The notes: a model not told the origin generated them from the sequence alone. Counted from the stretch's first letter, positions 50,415 to 63,181 are shown. The stretch is DNA of 64,000 bases from Azolla caroliniana (GCA_043228905.1 JBHGNT010000020.1:15748001-15812000), one strand, 5' to 3'. Numbers and translations are program-made.

Positions 50415-53400
50415 ATGGAAGGCGGCAGCAGCGGGCAGCCGGGGATGATGGTGCTGAATGCACAGAATTACGCCGACTGGAAGATCAAGATGGAGGATCT
50501 TCTGATTGTTCGGGACCTGTACGAACCGATTGACAGGTCGGAAATACCGAAGGGGGTACTTGAGTCGGAGTGGAAGCTCCTGAACCGGAAAGCCGTAGCG
50601 ACGATCCGACAATATGTCGATGTAAGCGTCCTACAACATGTGGCGAACGACACCAACGCATATGAGATGTGGAAGAAGCTGTCGGGCCTCTACGAGAGGA
50701 AGAATGCGCTGAACCGGACCTCCCTGATGAGGAAGATTGTGAATCTCAAGTACCGGGACGGCGAGAGTATGGTGGAACACGTAAGCACGTTCATGGGATT
50801 CGTGAACCAGCTTGCGGCGATCAAGTTCCCACTGGAGGATGCAATGCAAGCCATCATTCTGATGTGTACATTGCCGGACAGCTGGGAGAACTTGGTGGTG
50901 ACTCTCAGCACCTCCTGCGCCGAAGATAACTTGTCCCTACAAACGGTAAAGACAAGTATTTTGAACGAAGAAGCGCGTCGGAGAGATAAAGAACCGGTCT
51001 CCGACTCGAAGGCGTTGCTTACCGAATCGGATCGGGGAAGACAATGGAACCGGAGTCCGCAAAGACGGGAGAAGTCGGGGACCCGGTCGCAGTCAAGAGG
51101 AAGGCCCACATGCTTCCACTGTGGGAAGCCGGGGCACTTCCGGAAGAATTGTCGGCATTACCGAAAGGACAACGGAGCCGAAGACACCGATTCGAAGAAG
51201 TCACCGGAGAGAAACGGTGCATACCGGGGAGCCACGGACCGGAGAGGTCCAGATCGGCGAGGGCAGGACCGGAAAGGAACGACGGCACTCGCGGCAAGTG
51301 AAGATGAGATAATGCTCATTACCGAAGAGAGGGAGCTGAACCTTGCCGGTGTAGAGATGACCTGGGTGGTCGATTCCGGAGCGTCGTTCCACTTGACCCC
51401 GGAGAAGAAATACTTCTCATCCTACACAGCCGGTGAGCACGGCTGTGTCCGGATGGGAAATGAAGGTACATGCCGGATTGCCGGCATAGGAGACGTGTGG
51501 CTGTTGACATCAACCGGATGCAAGATGCTGTTGAAGGATGTGCGACACGTTCCGGAGGTCCGATTGAACCTGATCTCGGCCGGGAGGCTAGATGATGAAG
51601 GCTACACGGGTAGCATCCGGAACGGTGTCATGAAGTTCAGCAAAGGGAGCCTAATAGTGGCTCGGGCCCGGAAAGACAACACACTGTACCTGATGAATGC
51701 CCGGTTATATCCGGAAGAGCTGAATGTGGCAGCCGACACTGCCGGTGAGCTGTGGCACAAGAGACTGTGCCACATGAGTGAGAAGGGGATGAAGAGGCTT
51801 GCAGAAGACAACCTTATTCCAGTGAAGCATGTGCACCTGGAGAAGTGCACCGACTGTCTGGCCGGTAAGCAAAACCGGACCTCCTTCCACTCAAGGCCAC
51901 CGACGAGACGTAGCGCACCATTGGAGTTGGTGCACACTGATGTGTGTCAGGTAGAAACGAAGTCACATGGCGGAGCCCAGTACTTCGTGACTTTCATTGA
52001 TGATCACAGCCGGAAGCTGTGGACGGCGCCGCTGAAGACAAAGGACCAAGTGTTGTTCGTCTTCAAAGAACTCCACGCGAGAGTGGAAAGAGAATCCGGC
52101 AAGAAGCTGAAAGCGATACGAGCGGATAACGGAGGGGAATACCGGGGGCAGTTCCAGGAGTACTGTCGCTCGAAGGGAATCCGGCTCGAGTTTACTGTGC
52201 CGAAGACGCCGGAACTGAACGGGCTGGCCGAGAGGATGAACCGGACCATAATGGAGAGGGTCCGGAGTATGCTGGCGCATGCGAAATTACCCAAGGGGTT
52301 TTGGGCTGAGGCAATGTCGACGGCGACATACGTGATAAACAGATCACCCTCAGTACCTTTGGACGGAGACACGCCGCAGAAAGTGTGGACCGGTAAGGAA
52401 GTGTCCTACCGGCATCTGAAGGTGTTCGGGTGTCTCGCTTACGTGCATGTGGCAAAGGACCGGAGAGGAAAGCTAGATCCAAAGACCCGGCCATGCATAT
52501 TCCTCGGTTACGGCAACGACGAGTTCGGCTACCGAGTATGGGACCCGGTCGACAAGAAGATATTCAGGAGTCGAGATATCATCTTCATGGAGAACAAGAC
52601 ACTCGCCGACTGGGAGTCGGAGAAGAAGATGAAGAGCTCCAAGTCGACCGGTGAGGATAAACTCTACGAGGAGCAGTCCCGACCGGCAAGGGACCGGTTA
52701 GCACTCGAGGATCCGGCCGAAGATGGTGAAGAAACAGAACCGGCCGAGGAAGATGAAACTGATACCGGAACCGGCCCCGACCCCGAAATGGATTCGGATG
52801 AAGAAGAAACGGAGGAACCGGTTACTGAAGCTCCGGAACGGAGATATCCTCTAAGAGAGAGAAGGGCCCCCCGGAGATTTCCGGAACCAGAGCACGTGCT
52901 GCTAACCGACGAGGGGGAGCCGGAAAGCTTTGAAGAAGCAAAGCTTGACACCCATAGCCGCAGGTGGTTAAGTGCCATGCAGGAGGAGATGGATTCCCTG
53001 CATGAGAACCACACATATGAACTTGTGGAGTTGCCGAAAGGAAAGCGGGCACTTCGAAACAAGTGGGTGTTCAAGCTGAAACCGGGAGATGCCGGAAACC
53101 CCCCGAGATACAAAGCCAGGATCGTGGTGAAGGGGTTCCAGCAGAAGAAGGGCGTCGACTTCGACGAGATATTTGCCCCGGTGGTGAAGATGACCTCCAT
53201 CCGGACGGTGCTGAGCATAGCGGCAAGCATGGACCTCGAGGTAGAACAGATGGACGTGAAGACGGCATTCCTTCACGGTGACCTCGAAGAAGAGATCTAC
53301 ATGCAGCAACCGGAAGGATTCGAGAAGAAAGGGAAGAAGCACCTGGTATGCCGGTTGAAGAAGAGCCTTTACGGACTGAAGCAGGCTCCCCGGCAATGGT

Positions 53401-54488
53401 ACCGGAAGTTCGACTCCTTCATGACCGACGAAGGGTACCTCAAAACGCAGTCTGACCACTGCGTGTTTGTGAAGAAGTTCGAAGGAGGAGACTCTCTAAT
53501 ACTCCTCCTGTACGTTGACGACATGTTGATCGTCGGACGGGACCAGGTCAAGATACGGATGCTGAAGAAGGCTCTTCACCGAACCTTCTCAATGAAGGAC
53601 TTGGGTCCGGCGAGACAAATACTAGGGATGCACATCATCCGGGACCGGAGCAAGAAGCAGTTGTGGCTGTCACAGGAGAAGTACGTGACAAAGGTGCTTC
53701 AACGGTTCAACATGTCGGAAGCAAGACCGGTCGGATCGACCCTCCCGGCAAACTGCAAGCTGTCCAGCAAGCAAAGTCCCAAGACAAAGGCTGAAAAGGA
53801 GGATATGATGAAAGTGCCGTATGCCTCAGCCGTCGGGAGCTTGATGTACGCCATGGTGTGTACGAGACCGGACATAGGATATGCAGTCGGAGTGGTGAGC
53901 CGGTACATGAGCAATCCCGGCAAAGAGCATTGGAACGCGGTCAAGTGGATACTCCGATACCTGAAGGGCACGGCAAACGTGTGCCTCCGATTCGGCTCCC
54001 GTAAGCCCGAACTCGACGGCTTCACCGATTCGGATATGTCGGCTGATGCAGATACCAGCCGGTCCACATCAGGGTATGTGATGACTTATGCAGGGGGAGC
54101 CGTTTCGTGGCAGTCGAGGCTGCAGAAGACGGTTGCGTTGTCAACCACGGAGGCGGAGTACATGGCGGCTGTTGAAGCCGGCAAGGAAATGATATGGATG
54201 AAGGACTTCATTAGAGAGCTCGGTATCCGGCAGGAGGAGTACCGACTCTACTGCGACAGTCAGACTGCCATCCACCTTGCGAAGAACGCGGCCTATCACT
54301 CCCGGACGAAGCACATCCAGCGAAGATATCACTGGATCCGGGAAAGGATAGAAGACCAAGAGTTCGTGCTGACGAAGATCCACACGGACGAGAACGGCTC
54401 AGATATGCTGACCAAAGTGCTCACACCCGACAAGCTGGAAGCATGCCGGAAGAGGATCGGATTGGAGAGACATCCCATGCCGAAGTGA
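50415..54488 (+). CDS. gag-pol: Copia Gag-Pol polyprotein (1357 aa from MEGGSSG)
   Basis: NYADWKIKMEDLL (gag N-term), CFHCGKPGHFRKNC, WVVDSGAS (PR), LWHKRLCHMS, VHTDV/DNGGEY/NGLAERMNRT (IN), YKARIVVKGF/MDVKTAFLHG/YVDDML (RT), STTEAEY/ENGSDMLTK (RH). No stops or frameshifts. Confidence 0.97.
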   Translation: MEGGSSGQPGMMVLNAQNYADWKIKMEDLLIVRDLYEPIDRSEIPKGVLESEWKLLNRKAVATIRQYVDVSVLQHVANDTNAYEMWKKLSGLYERKNALNRTSLMRKIVNLKYRDGESMVEHVSTFMGFVNQLAAIKFPLEDAMQAIILMCTLPDSWENLVVTLSTSCAEDNLSLQTVKTSILNEEARRRDKEPVSDSKALLTESDRGRQWNRSPQRREKSGTRSQSRGRPTCFHCGKPGHFRKNCRHYRKDNGAEDTDSKKSPERNGAYRGATDRRGPDRRGQDRKGTTALAASEDEIMLITEERELNLAGVEMTWVVDSGASFHLTPEKKYFSSYTAGEHGCVRMGNEGTCRIAGIGDVWLLTSTGCKMLLKDVRHVPEVRLNLISAGRLDDEGYTGSIRNGVMKFSKGSLIVARARKDNTLYLMNARLYPEELNVAADTAGELWHKRLCHMSEKGMKRLAEDNLIPVKHVHLEKCTDCLAGKQNRTSFHSRPPTRRSAPLELVHTDVCQVETKSHGGAQYFVTFIDDHSRKLWTAPLKTKDQVLFVFKELHARVERESGKKLKAIRADNGGEYRGQFQEYCRSKGIRLEFTVPKTPELNGLAERMNRTIMERVRSMLAHAKLPKGFWAEAMSTATYVINRSPSVPLDGDTPQKVWTGKEVSYRHLKVFGCLAYVHVAKDRRGKLDPKTRPCIFLGYGNDEFGYRVWDPVDKKIFRSRDIIFMENKTLADWESEKKMKSSKSTGEDKLYEEQSRPARDRLALEDPAEDGEETEPAEEDETDTGTGPDPEMDSDEEETEEPVTEAPERRYPLRERRAPRRFPEPEHVLLTDEGEPESFEEAKLDTHSRRWLSAMQEEMDSLHENHTYELVELPKGKRALRNKWVFKLKPGDAGNPPRYKARIVVKGFQQKKGVDFDEIFAPVVKMTSIRTVLSIAASMDLEVEQMDVKTAFLHGDLEEEIYMQQPEGFEKKGKKHLVCRLKKSLYGLKQAPRQWYRKFDSFMTDEGYLKTQSDHCVFVKKFEGGDSLILLLYVDDMLIVGRDQVKIRMLKKALHRTFSMKDLGPARQILGMHIIRDRSKKQLWLSQEKYVTKVLQRFNMSEARPVGSTLPANCKLSSKQSPKTKAEKEDMMKVPYASAVGSLMYAMVCTRPDIGYAVGVVSRYMSNPGKEHWNAVKWILRYLKGTANVCLRFGSRKPELDGFTDSDMSADADTSRSTSGYVMTYAGGAVSWQSRLQKTVALSTTEAEYMAAVEAGKEMIWMKDFIRELGIRQEEYRLYCDSQTAIHLAKNAAYHSRTKHIQRRYHWIRERIEDQEFVLTKIHTDENGSDMLTKVLTPDKLEACRKRIGLERHPMPK

Positions 54489-54496
54489 AGGGGGAG
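54487..54496 (+). other. Polypurine tract of copia element
   Basis: GAAGGGGGAG 2 nt before the 3' LTR. Confidence 0.9.
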
Positions 54497-54498
54497 TT

Positions 54499-55191
54499 TG
54501 TTGGGATTTCGGTCCCTCCGGATGGGATGTCCGGAGATGAATGACGGCAAGCCCGGTTGCTGACTACGGAGCCGGATGATGAAGACCCCGGCTACGGAGC
54601 CGGATGATGAATACCCTGGCTACGGAGCCGGATGATGAAGACCCCGGCTACGGAGCCGGATGATGAATACCCCGGCTACGGAGCCGGATGCTGAAGACCC
54701 CGGTTACGGAGCCGGATGACGAATGTACCCGGAGGGAGATCCGGATGCGGGGACATATTTGTGAATATGTTTGCCAAGAGCCCTTGAGGCTATATTTGTA
54801 AATAGCCCGAAAGTCATATGTGTATAAATATGACTTAGGGCAAACAGTTTATGTTGCTGCTCATTTTCTGTTTTCCACTTAGAGGGAGCGAAGTGAGAGC
54901 AGCCGTGAGAGAGAGAGGAAGAGGTAGACGCCTCTGTGTATTTCCGCCGCCTGTGGCGAGGACAGCGAGCCCAAGGTCGTCCTCTTGTAGCTCGCCATTG
55001 TATACTTCTCTGTATAGTGTTGATTTGGAGTCTTGTACTCCCGTGGTTTTTCCCGTCTAGGGTTTTCCACGTTAATCCCTGTGTACCCGCGTTTTGTTTC
55101 TCTTTGTGGTTCCTATTTTCTGCTCCATCGATTCGCGCCTACTCGGTTGTGGCTGAGTGGTGAAGGTGAATGTAAGCGTCTATTCTCTACA
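54499..55191 (+). repeat. 3' LTR of copia element (693 bp)
   Basis: Direct repeat of 49692-50384. Confidence 0.97.
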
Positions 55192-58100
55192 GCTAGCTAT
55201 GATATGGACTTAAAAAATCAAGATTTTGAAACTCAGGTCGAGAAACATGAAGAAATTAGCAAATTTGAGAAGGGAGTTGAGAAGAGCCCGTGAGTAAATT
55301 AAAATGGTCAGACCTGGCTCGTGTGATATCGGATTTTTGTGTTCAAACATGCGAATCGAAGCTAACAAAGCTAGCTATGATATGGAATTAAAAAATCAAG
55401 ATTTTGAAACTCAGGTCGATAGACATGAAGGAATTAGCAAATTTGAGGAGGGAGTTGAGAAGAGCCCGTGAGTAAATTAAAATTGTCATACCTGGCTCGT
55501 GTGATATCGGATTTCTGTGTTCAAAGATACGAATCGAAGCTAACAACGCTAGCTATCTTATGGAATTAAAAAATCAAGATTCTGAAACTCAGGTCGAGAG
55601 CGCGTGAGTAAATTAAAATGGTCATACCTGGCTCGTGTGATATCGGATTTCTGTGTTCAAACATGAGTATCGAAGCTAACCATGCTAGCTATGATATAGA
55701 ATTAAAAAATCAAGATACTGAAACTCAGGTCGAGAGACATGAAGAAATTAGCAAATTTGAGGAGGGACTTGAGAAGAGCCCGTGAGTAAATTAAAATGGT
55801 CATACCTGGCTCGTGTGATATCGGATGTTTGTGTTCAAACATGCGAATCGAAGCTAACAAAGCTAGCTATGATATGGATTTAAAAAATCAAGATTCTGAA
55901 ACTCAGGTCGAGAGACATGAAGAAATTAGCAAATTTGAGGAGGGAGTTGAGAAGAGCCCGTGAGTAAATAAAAATGGTCATACTTGGCTCGTGTGATATC
56001 GGATTTTTGTGTTCAAACATGCGAATCGAAGCTAACAAAGCTAGTTATGATATGGAATGAAAAAATCAAGATTTTGAAACCTAGGTCGAGAGACATGAAG
56101 AAATTAGCAAATTTGAGGGGGACATGAGAAGAGCCCATGAGTAAATTAAAATGGTCATACCTGGCTCGTGTGATATCGGATTTCTGTGTTCAAACATAAG
56201 TATCGAAGCAAACCATGCTAGCTATGATATACAATTTAAAAATCAAGATTCTGAAACTCAGGTCGAGAGACATGAAGAAATTAGCAAATTTGAGGAGGGA
56301 GTTGAGAAGAGCCCGTGAGTAAATTAAAATGGTCATACCTGGCTCGTGTGATATCGGATTTCTGTGTTCAAAGATACGAATCGAAGCTAACAACGCTAGC
56401 TATCTTATGGAATTAAATAATCAAGATTCTGAAACTCAGGTCGAGAGACATGAAGAAATTAGCAAATTTGAAGAGGGAGTTGAGAAGAGCCTGTGAGTAA
56501 ATTAAAATGTTCATACCTGGCTCGTGTGATATCGGATTACTGTGTTCAAACATGCGTATCGAAGCTAACAATGCTAGCTATGCTATGGAATTAAGAAATC
56601 AAGATTTTGAAACTCAGGTCGAGAGACATAAAGAAATTAGCAAATTTGAGGAGGGACTTGAGAAGAGCTTGTGAGTAAATTAAAATGTTCATACCAGGCT
56701 CGTGTGATATCGGATTTCTGTGTTCAAACATGGATATCGAAGCTAACAATGCTAGCTATGATATGGAATTAAAAAATCAAGATTTTGAAACTCAGCTCGA
56801 GAGACATGAAGAAATTAGCAAATTTGAGAAGGGAGTTGAGAAGAGCCCGTGAGTAAATTAAAATGGTCATACCTGGCTCGTGTGATAACGGATTTCTGTG
56901 TTCAAACATGCGTATCGAACCTAGCAATGCTAGCTATATTATGGAATTAAGAAATCAGGATTTTGAAACTCAGGTCGAGAGACATGAAGCAATTAGCAAA
57001 TTTGAGGAGGGACTTAAGAAGAGCCCGTGAGTAAATTAAAATGTTCATACCTGGCTCGTGTGATATCGGATTTTTGTGTTCAAACATGCGTATCGAAGCT
57101 AACAAAGCTAGGTATGATATGGAATTAAAAAATCAAGATTTTGAAACTCAGGTCGATAGACATGAAGGAATTAGCAAATTTGAGGAGGGAGCTGAGAAGA
57201 GCCCGTGAGTAAATTAAAATGGTCATACCTGGCTCGTGTGATATCGGACTTCTGTGTTCAAAGATACGAATCGAAGGTACCAACGCTAGCTATCTTATGG
57301 AATTAAGAAATCAAGATTCTGAAACTCAGGTCGAGAGACATGAAGAAATTAGCAAATTTGAGGAGGGAGTTGAGAAGAGCGCGTGAGTAAATTAAAATGG
57401 TCATACCTGGCTCGTGTGATATCAGATTTCTGTGTTCAAACATGAGTATCGAAGCTAACCATGCTAGCTATGATATAGAATTAAAAAATCAAGATTCTGA
57501 AATTCAGGTAGAGAGACATGAAGAAATTACCAAATTTGAGGAGGGAGTTGAGAAGAGCCTCTGAGTAAATGAAAATGTTCATACCAGGCTCGTGTGATAT
57601 CGGATTTTTGTGTTCAAACATGGATATCGAAACTAACAATGCTAGCTATGATATGGACTTAAAAAATCAAGATTTTGAAACTCAGGTGGAGAGACATAAA
57701 GAAATTAGCAAATTTGAGAAGGGAATCGAGAAGAGCCCGTTAGTAAATGAAAATGTTCATACCTAGCTTGTGTGATATCAGATATTTGTGTTCAAACATG
57801 TGAATCGAAGCTAACAACGGTAGCTATGCAATGGAATAAAGAAATCAAGATTTTGAAACTTAGGTCGAGAGACATGAAGAAATTAGCAAATTTGAGGAGG
57901 GAGTTGAGAAGAGCCCGTGAGTAAATTAAAATGGTCATACTTGGCTCGTGTGATATCGGATTTTTGTGTTCAAACATGGACAACGAAGCTAACAAAGCTA
58001 GCTATGATATGGAATTAAAAAATCAAGATTTTGAAACTCAGGTCGATAGACATGAAGGAATTAGCAAATTTGAGGAGGGAGTTGAGAAGAGCCCGTGAGT

Positions 58101-61100
58101 AAATTAAAATGGTCATACCTGGCTCGTGTGATATCGGATGTTTGTGTTGAAACATGCGAATCGAAGCTAACAAAGCTAGCGATGATATGGAATTAAAAAA
58201 TCAAGATTTTGAAACTCAGGTCGAGAGACATGAAGAAATTAGCAAATTTTTAGGAGGGACATGAGAAGAGCCTGTGAGTAAATTAAAATGTTCATACCTG
58301 GCTCGGTTTGATATCGGATTTTTGTGTTCAAACATGCGTATCAAAGCTAAGAATGCTAGCTGTGTTATGGAATTAAAAAATCAAGATTTTGAAACTCACG
58401 TCGAGAGACATGAAGAAATTAGCAAATTTGAGGAGGGACTTGAGAAGAGCCCGTGAGTAAATTAAAATGTTCATACCTGGCTCGTGTGATATCGGATTTT
58501 TGTGTTCAAACATGCCTATCGAAGCTAACAAAGCTAGGTCTATATGGAATTAAAAAATCAAGATTTTGAAACTCAGGTCGATAGACATGAAGGAATTAGC
58601 AAATTTGAGGAGGGAGTTGAGAAGAGCCCGTGAGTAAATTAAAATGGTCATACCTGGCTCGTGTGATATCGGATTTTTGTGTTCAAAAATGCGAATCGTA
58701 GCTAACAAAGCTAGCTATGATATGGAAGTAAAAAATCAAGATTTTGAAACTCAGGTCGAGAGACATGAAGAAATTAGCAAATTTAAGGAGGGAGTTGAGA
58801 AGAGCCCGTGAGTAAATTAAAATGTTCATACCTGGCTCGTGTGATAACGGATTTCTGTGTTCAAACATGGATATCGAAGCTAACAATGCTAGCTATGATA
58901 TGGACTTAAAAAATCAAGATTTTGAAACTCAGGTCGAGAAACATGAAGAAATTAGCAAATTTGAGAAGGGAGTTGAGAAGAGCCCGTGAGTAAATTAAAA
59001 TGGTCAGACCTGGCTCGTGTGATATCGGATTTTTGTGTTCAAACATGCGAATCGAAGCTAACAAAGCCAGCTATGATATGGAATTAAAAAATCAAGATTT
59101 TGAAACTCAGGTCGATAGACATGAAGGAATTAGCAAATTTGAGGAGGGAGTTGAGAAGAGCCCGTGAGTAAATTAAAATTGTCATACCTGGCTCGTGTGA
59201 TATCGGATTTCTGTGTTCAAACATGCGTATCGAAGCTAAGAATGCTAGCTGTGTTATGGAATTAAAAAATCAAGATTTTGAAACTCAGGTCGAGAGACAT
59301 GAAGAAATTAGCAAATTTGAGGAGGGACTTGAGAAGAGCCCGTGAGTAAATTAAAATGTTCATACCTGGCTCGTGTGATATCGGATTTTTGTGTTCAAAC
59401 ATGCCTATCGAAGCTAACAAAGCTAGGTCTATATGGAATTAAAAAATCAAGATTTTGAAACTCAGGTCGATAGACATGAAGGAATTAGCAAATTTGAGGA
59501 GGGAGTTGAGAAGAGCCCGTGAGTAAATTAAAATGGTCATACCTGGCTCGTGTGATATCGGATTTTTGTGTTCAAAAATGCGAATCGTAGCTAACAAAGC
59601 TAGCTATGATATGGAAGTAAAAAATCAAGATTTTGAAACTCAGGTCGAGAGACATGAAGAAATTAGCAAATTTAAGGAGGGAGTTGAGAAGAGCCCGTGA
59701 GTAAATTAAAATGTTCATACCTGGCTCGTGTGATAACGGATTTCTGTGTTCAAACATGGATATCGAAGCTAACAATGCTAGCTATGATATGGACTTAAAA
59801 AATCAAGATTTTGAAACTCAGGTCGAGAAACATGAAGAAATTAGCAAATTTGAGAAGGGAGTTGAGAAGAGCCCGTGAGTAAATTAAAATGGTCAGACCT
59901 GGCTCGTGTGATATCGGATTTTTGTGTTCAAACATGCGAATCGAAGCTAACAAAGCCAGCTATGATATGGAATTAAAAAATCAAGATTTTGAAACTCAGG
60001 TCGATAGACATGAAGGAATTAGCAAATTTGAGGAGGGAGTTGAGAAGAGCCCGTGAGTAAATTAAAATTGTCATACCTGGCTCGTGTGATATCGGATTTC
60101 TGTGTTCAAAGATACGAATCGAAGCTAACAACGCTAGCTATCTTATGGAATTAAAAAATCAAGATTCTGAAACTCAGGTCGAGAGCGCGTGAGTAAATTA
60201 AAATGGTCATACCTGGCTCGTGTGATATCGGAATTAGCAAATTTGAGGAGGGAGTTGAGAAGAGCCCGTGAGTAAATTAAAATGGTCATACCTGGCTCGT
60301 GTGATATCGGATGTTTGTGTTGAAACATGCGAATCGAAGCTAACAAAGCTAGCGATGATATGGAATTAAAAAATCAAGATTTTGAAACTCAGGTCAAGAG
60401 ACATGAAGAAATTAGCAAATTTTTAGGAGGGACATGAGAAGAGCCTGTGAGTAAATTAAAATGTTCATACCTGGCTCGGTTTGATATCGGATTTTTGTGT
60501 TCAAACATGAGTATCGAAGCTAACCATGCTAGCTATGATATAGAATTAAAAAATCAAGATACTGAAACTCAGGTCGAGAGACATGAAGAAATTAGCAAAT
60601 TTGAGGAGGGACTTGAGAAGAGCCCGTGAGTAAATTAAAATGGTCATACTTGGCTCGTGTGATATCGGATGTTTGTGTTGAAACATGCGAATCGAAGCTA
60701 ACAAAGCTAGCTATGATATGGATTTAAAAAATCAAGATTCTGAAACTCAGGTCGAGAGACATGAAGAAATTAGAAAATTTGAGGAGGGAGTTGAGAAGAG
60801 CCCGTGAGTAAATAAAAATGGTCATACTTGGCTCGTGTGATATCGGATTTTTGTGTTCAAACATGCGAATCGAAGCTAACAAAGGTAGTTATGATATGGA
60901 ATGAAAAAATCAAGATTTTGAAACCTAGGTCGAGAGACATGAAGAAATTAGCAAATTTGAGGGGGACATGAGAAGAGCCCCTGAGTAAATTAAAATGGTC
61001 ATACCTGGCTCGTGTGATATCGGATTTCTGTGTTCAAACATAAGTATCGAAGCTAACCATGCTAGCTATGATATACAATTTAAAAATCAAGATTCTGAAA

Positions 61101-63181
61101 CTCAGGTCGAGAGACATGAAGAAATTAGCAAATTTGAGGAGGGAGTTGAGAAGAGCCCGTGAGTAAATTAAAATGGTCATACCTGGCTCGTGTGATATCG
61201 GATTTCTGTGTTCAAAGATACGAATCGAAGCTAACAACGCTAGCTATCTTATGGAATTAAATAATCAAGATTCTGAAACTCAGGTCGAGAGACATGAAGA
61301 AATTAGCAAATTTGAAGAGGGAGTTGAGAAGAGCCTGTGAGTAAATTAAAATGTTCATACCTGGCTCGTGTGATATCGGATTACTGTGTTCAAACATGCG
61401 TATCGAAGCTAACAATGCTAGCTATGCTATGGAATTAAGAAATCAAGATTTTGAAACTCAGGTCGAGAGACATAAAGAAATTAGCAAATTTGAGGAGGGA
61501 CTTGAGAAGAGCTTGTGAGTAAATTAAAATGTTCATACCAGGCTCGTGTGATATCGGATTTCTGTGTTCAAACATGGATATCGAAGCTAACAATGCTAGC
61601 TATGATATGGAATTAAAAAATCAAGATTTTGAAACTCAGCTCGAGAGACATGAAGAAATTAGCAAATTTGAGAAGGGAGTTGAGAAGAGCCCGTGAGTAA
61701 ATTAAAATGGTCATACCTGGCTCGTGTGATAACGGATTTCTGTGTTCAAACATGCGTATCGAACCTAGCAATGCTAGCTATATTATGGAATTAAGAAATC
61801 AGGATTTTGAAACTCAGGTCGAGAGACATGAAGCAATTAGCAAATTTGAGGAGGGACTTGAGAAGAGCCCGTGAGTAAATTAAAATGTTCATACCTGGCT
61901 CGTGTGATATCGGATTTTTGTGTTCAAACATGCGTATCGAAGCTAACAAAGCTAGGTATGATATGGAATTAAAAAATCAAGATTTTGAAACTCAGGTCGA
62001 TAGACATGAAGGAATTAGCAAATTTGAGGAGGGAGCTGAGAAGAGCCCGTGAGTAAATTAAAATGGTCATACCTGGCTCGTGTGATATCGGACTTCTGTG
62101 TTCAAAGATACGAATCGAAGGTACCAACGCTAGCTATCTTATGGAATTAAGAAATCAAGATTCTGAAACTCAGGTCGAGAGACATGAAGAAATTAGCAAA
62201 TTTGAGGAGGGAGTTGAGAAGAGCGCGTGAGTAAATTAAAATGGTCATACCTGGCTCGTGTGATATCAGATTTCTGTGTTCAAACATGAGTATCGAAGCT
62301 AACCATGCTAGCTATGATATAGTATTAAAAAATCAAGATTCTGAAATTCAGGTAGAGAGACATGAAGAAATTACCAAATTTGAGGAGGGAGTTGAGAAGA
62401 GCCTCTGACTAAATGAAAATGTTCATACCAGGCTCGTGTGATATCGGATTTTTGTGTTCAAACATGGATATCGAAACTAACAATGCTAGCTATGATATGG
62501 ACTTAAAAAATCAAGATTTTGAAACTCAGGTGGAGAGACATAAAGAAATTAGCAAATTTGAGAAGGGAATCGAGAAGAGCCCGTGAGTAAATGAAAATGT
62601 TCATACCTAGCTTGTGTGATATCAGATATTTGTGTTCAAACATGTGAATCGAAGCTAACAACGGTAGCTATGCAATGGAATTAAGAAATCAAGATTTTGA
62701 AACTTAGGTCGAGAGACATGAAGAAATTAGCAACTTTGAGGAGGGAGTTGAGAAGAGCCCGTGAGTAAATTAAAATGGTCATACTTGGCTCGTGTGATAT
62801 CGGATTTTTGTGTTCAAACATGGATAACGAAGCTAACAAAGCTAGCTATGATATGGAATTAAAAAATCAAGATTTTGAAACTCAGGTCGATAGACATGAA
62901 GGAATTAGCAAATTTGAGGAGGGAGTTGAGAAGAGCCCGTGAGTAAATTAAAATGGTCATACCTGGCTCGTGTGATATCGGATGTTTGTGTTGAAACATG
63001 CGAATCGAAGCTAACAAAGCTAGCGATGATATGGAATTATAAAATCAAGATTTTGAAACTCAGGTCGAGAGACATGAAGAAATTAGCAAATTTTTAGGAG
63101 GGACATGAGAAGAGCCTGTGAGTAAATTAAAATGTTCATACCTGGCTCGGTTTGATATCGGATTTTTGTGTTCAAACATGC
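55192..63181 (+). repeat. 178-bp satellite array, ~21-mer HOR domain
   Basis: The block beginning near 47100 recurs at +9201 bp (3696 bp after removing the copia element and TSD) and again at a further +4844 bp. Confidence 0.97.

Larger units (their letters stand above)
49692..55191 (+). mobile_element. Full-length Ty1/copia LTR retrotransposon (Tnt1/Tork-like), 5500 bp, TSD GCTAG
   Basis: 693-bp TG...CA LTRs. GCTAG at 49687-49691 and 55192-55196. tRNA-iMet PBS, single gag-pol ORF in the order gag-PR-IN-RT-RH, and PPT. Confidence 0.98.

Noticed and set aside
51237-51278. 15-bp repeat encoding DRRGP-DRRGQ-DRKG in the copia gag-PR linker
   Set aside because: This is an ordinary low-complexity linker duplication with no further evidence of function.
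50373-54550. Many antisense and alternate-frame ORFs over the copia (and gypsy) CDS
   Set aside because: These are expected shadows of a GC-rich coding sequence, with no motifs and no sign of an env-like or extra gene.
361-61237. Dozens of 60-110 aa ORFs in the satellite (MSKLKCSY..., MLASIRMFEH...)
   Set aside because: These are chance translations of the monomer, opened and closed by point variants, with no recognisable domains.
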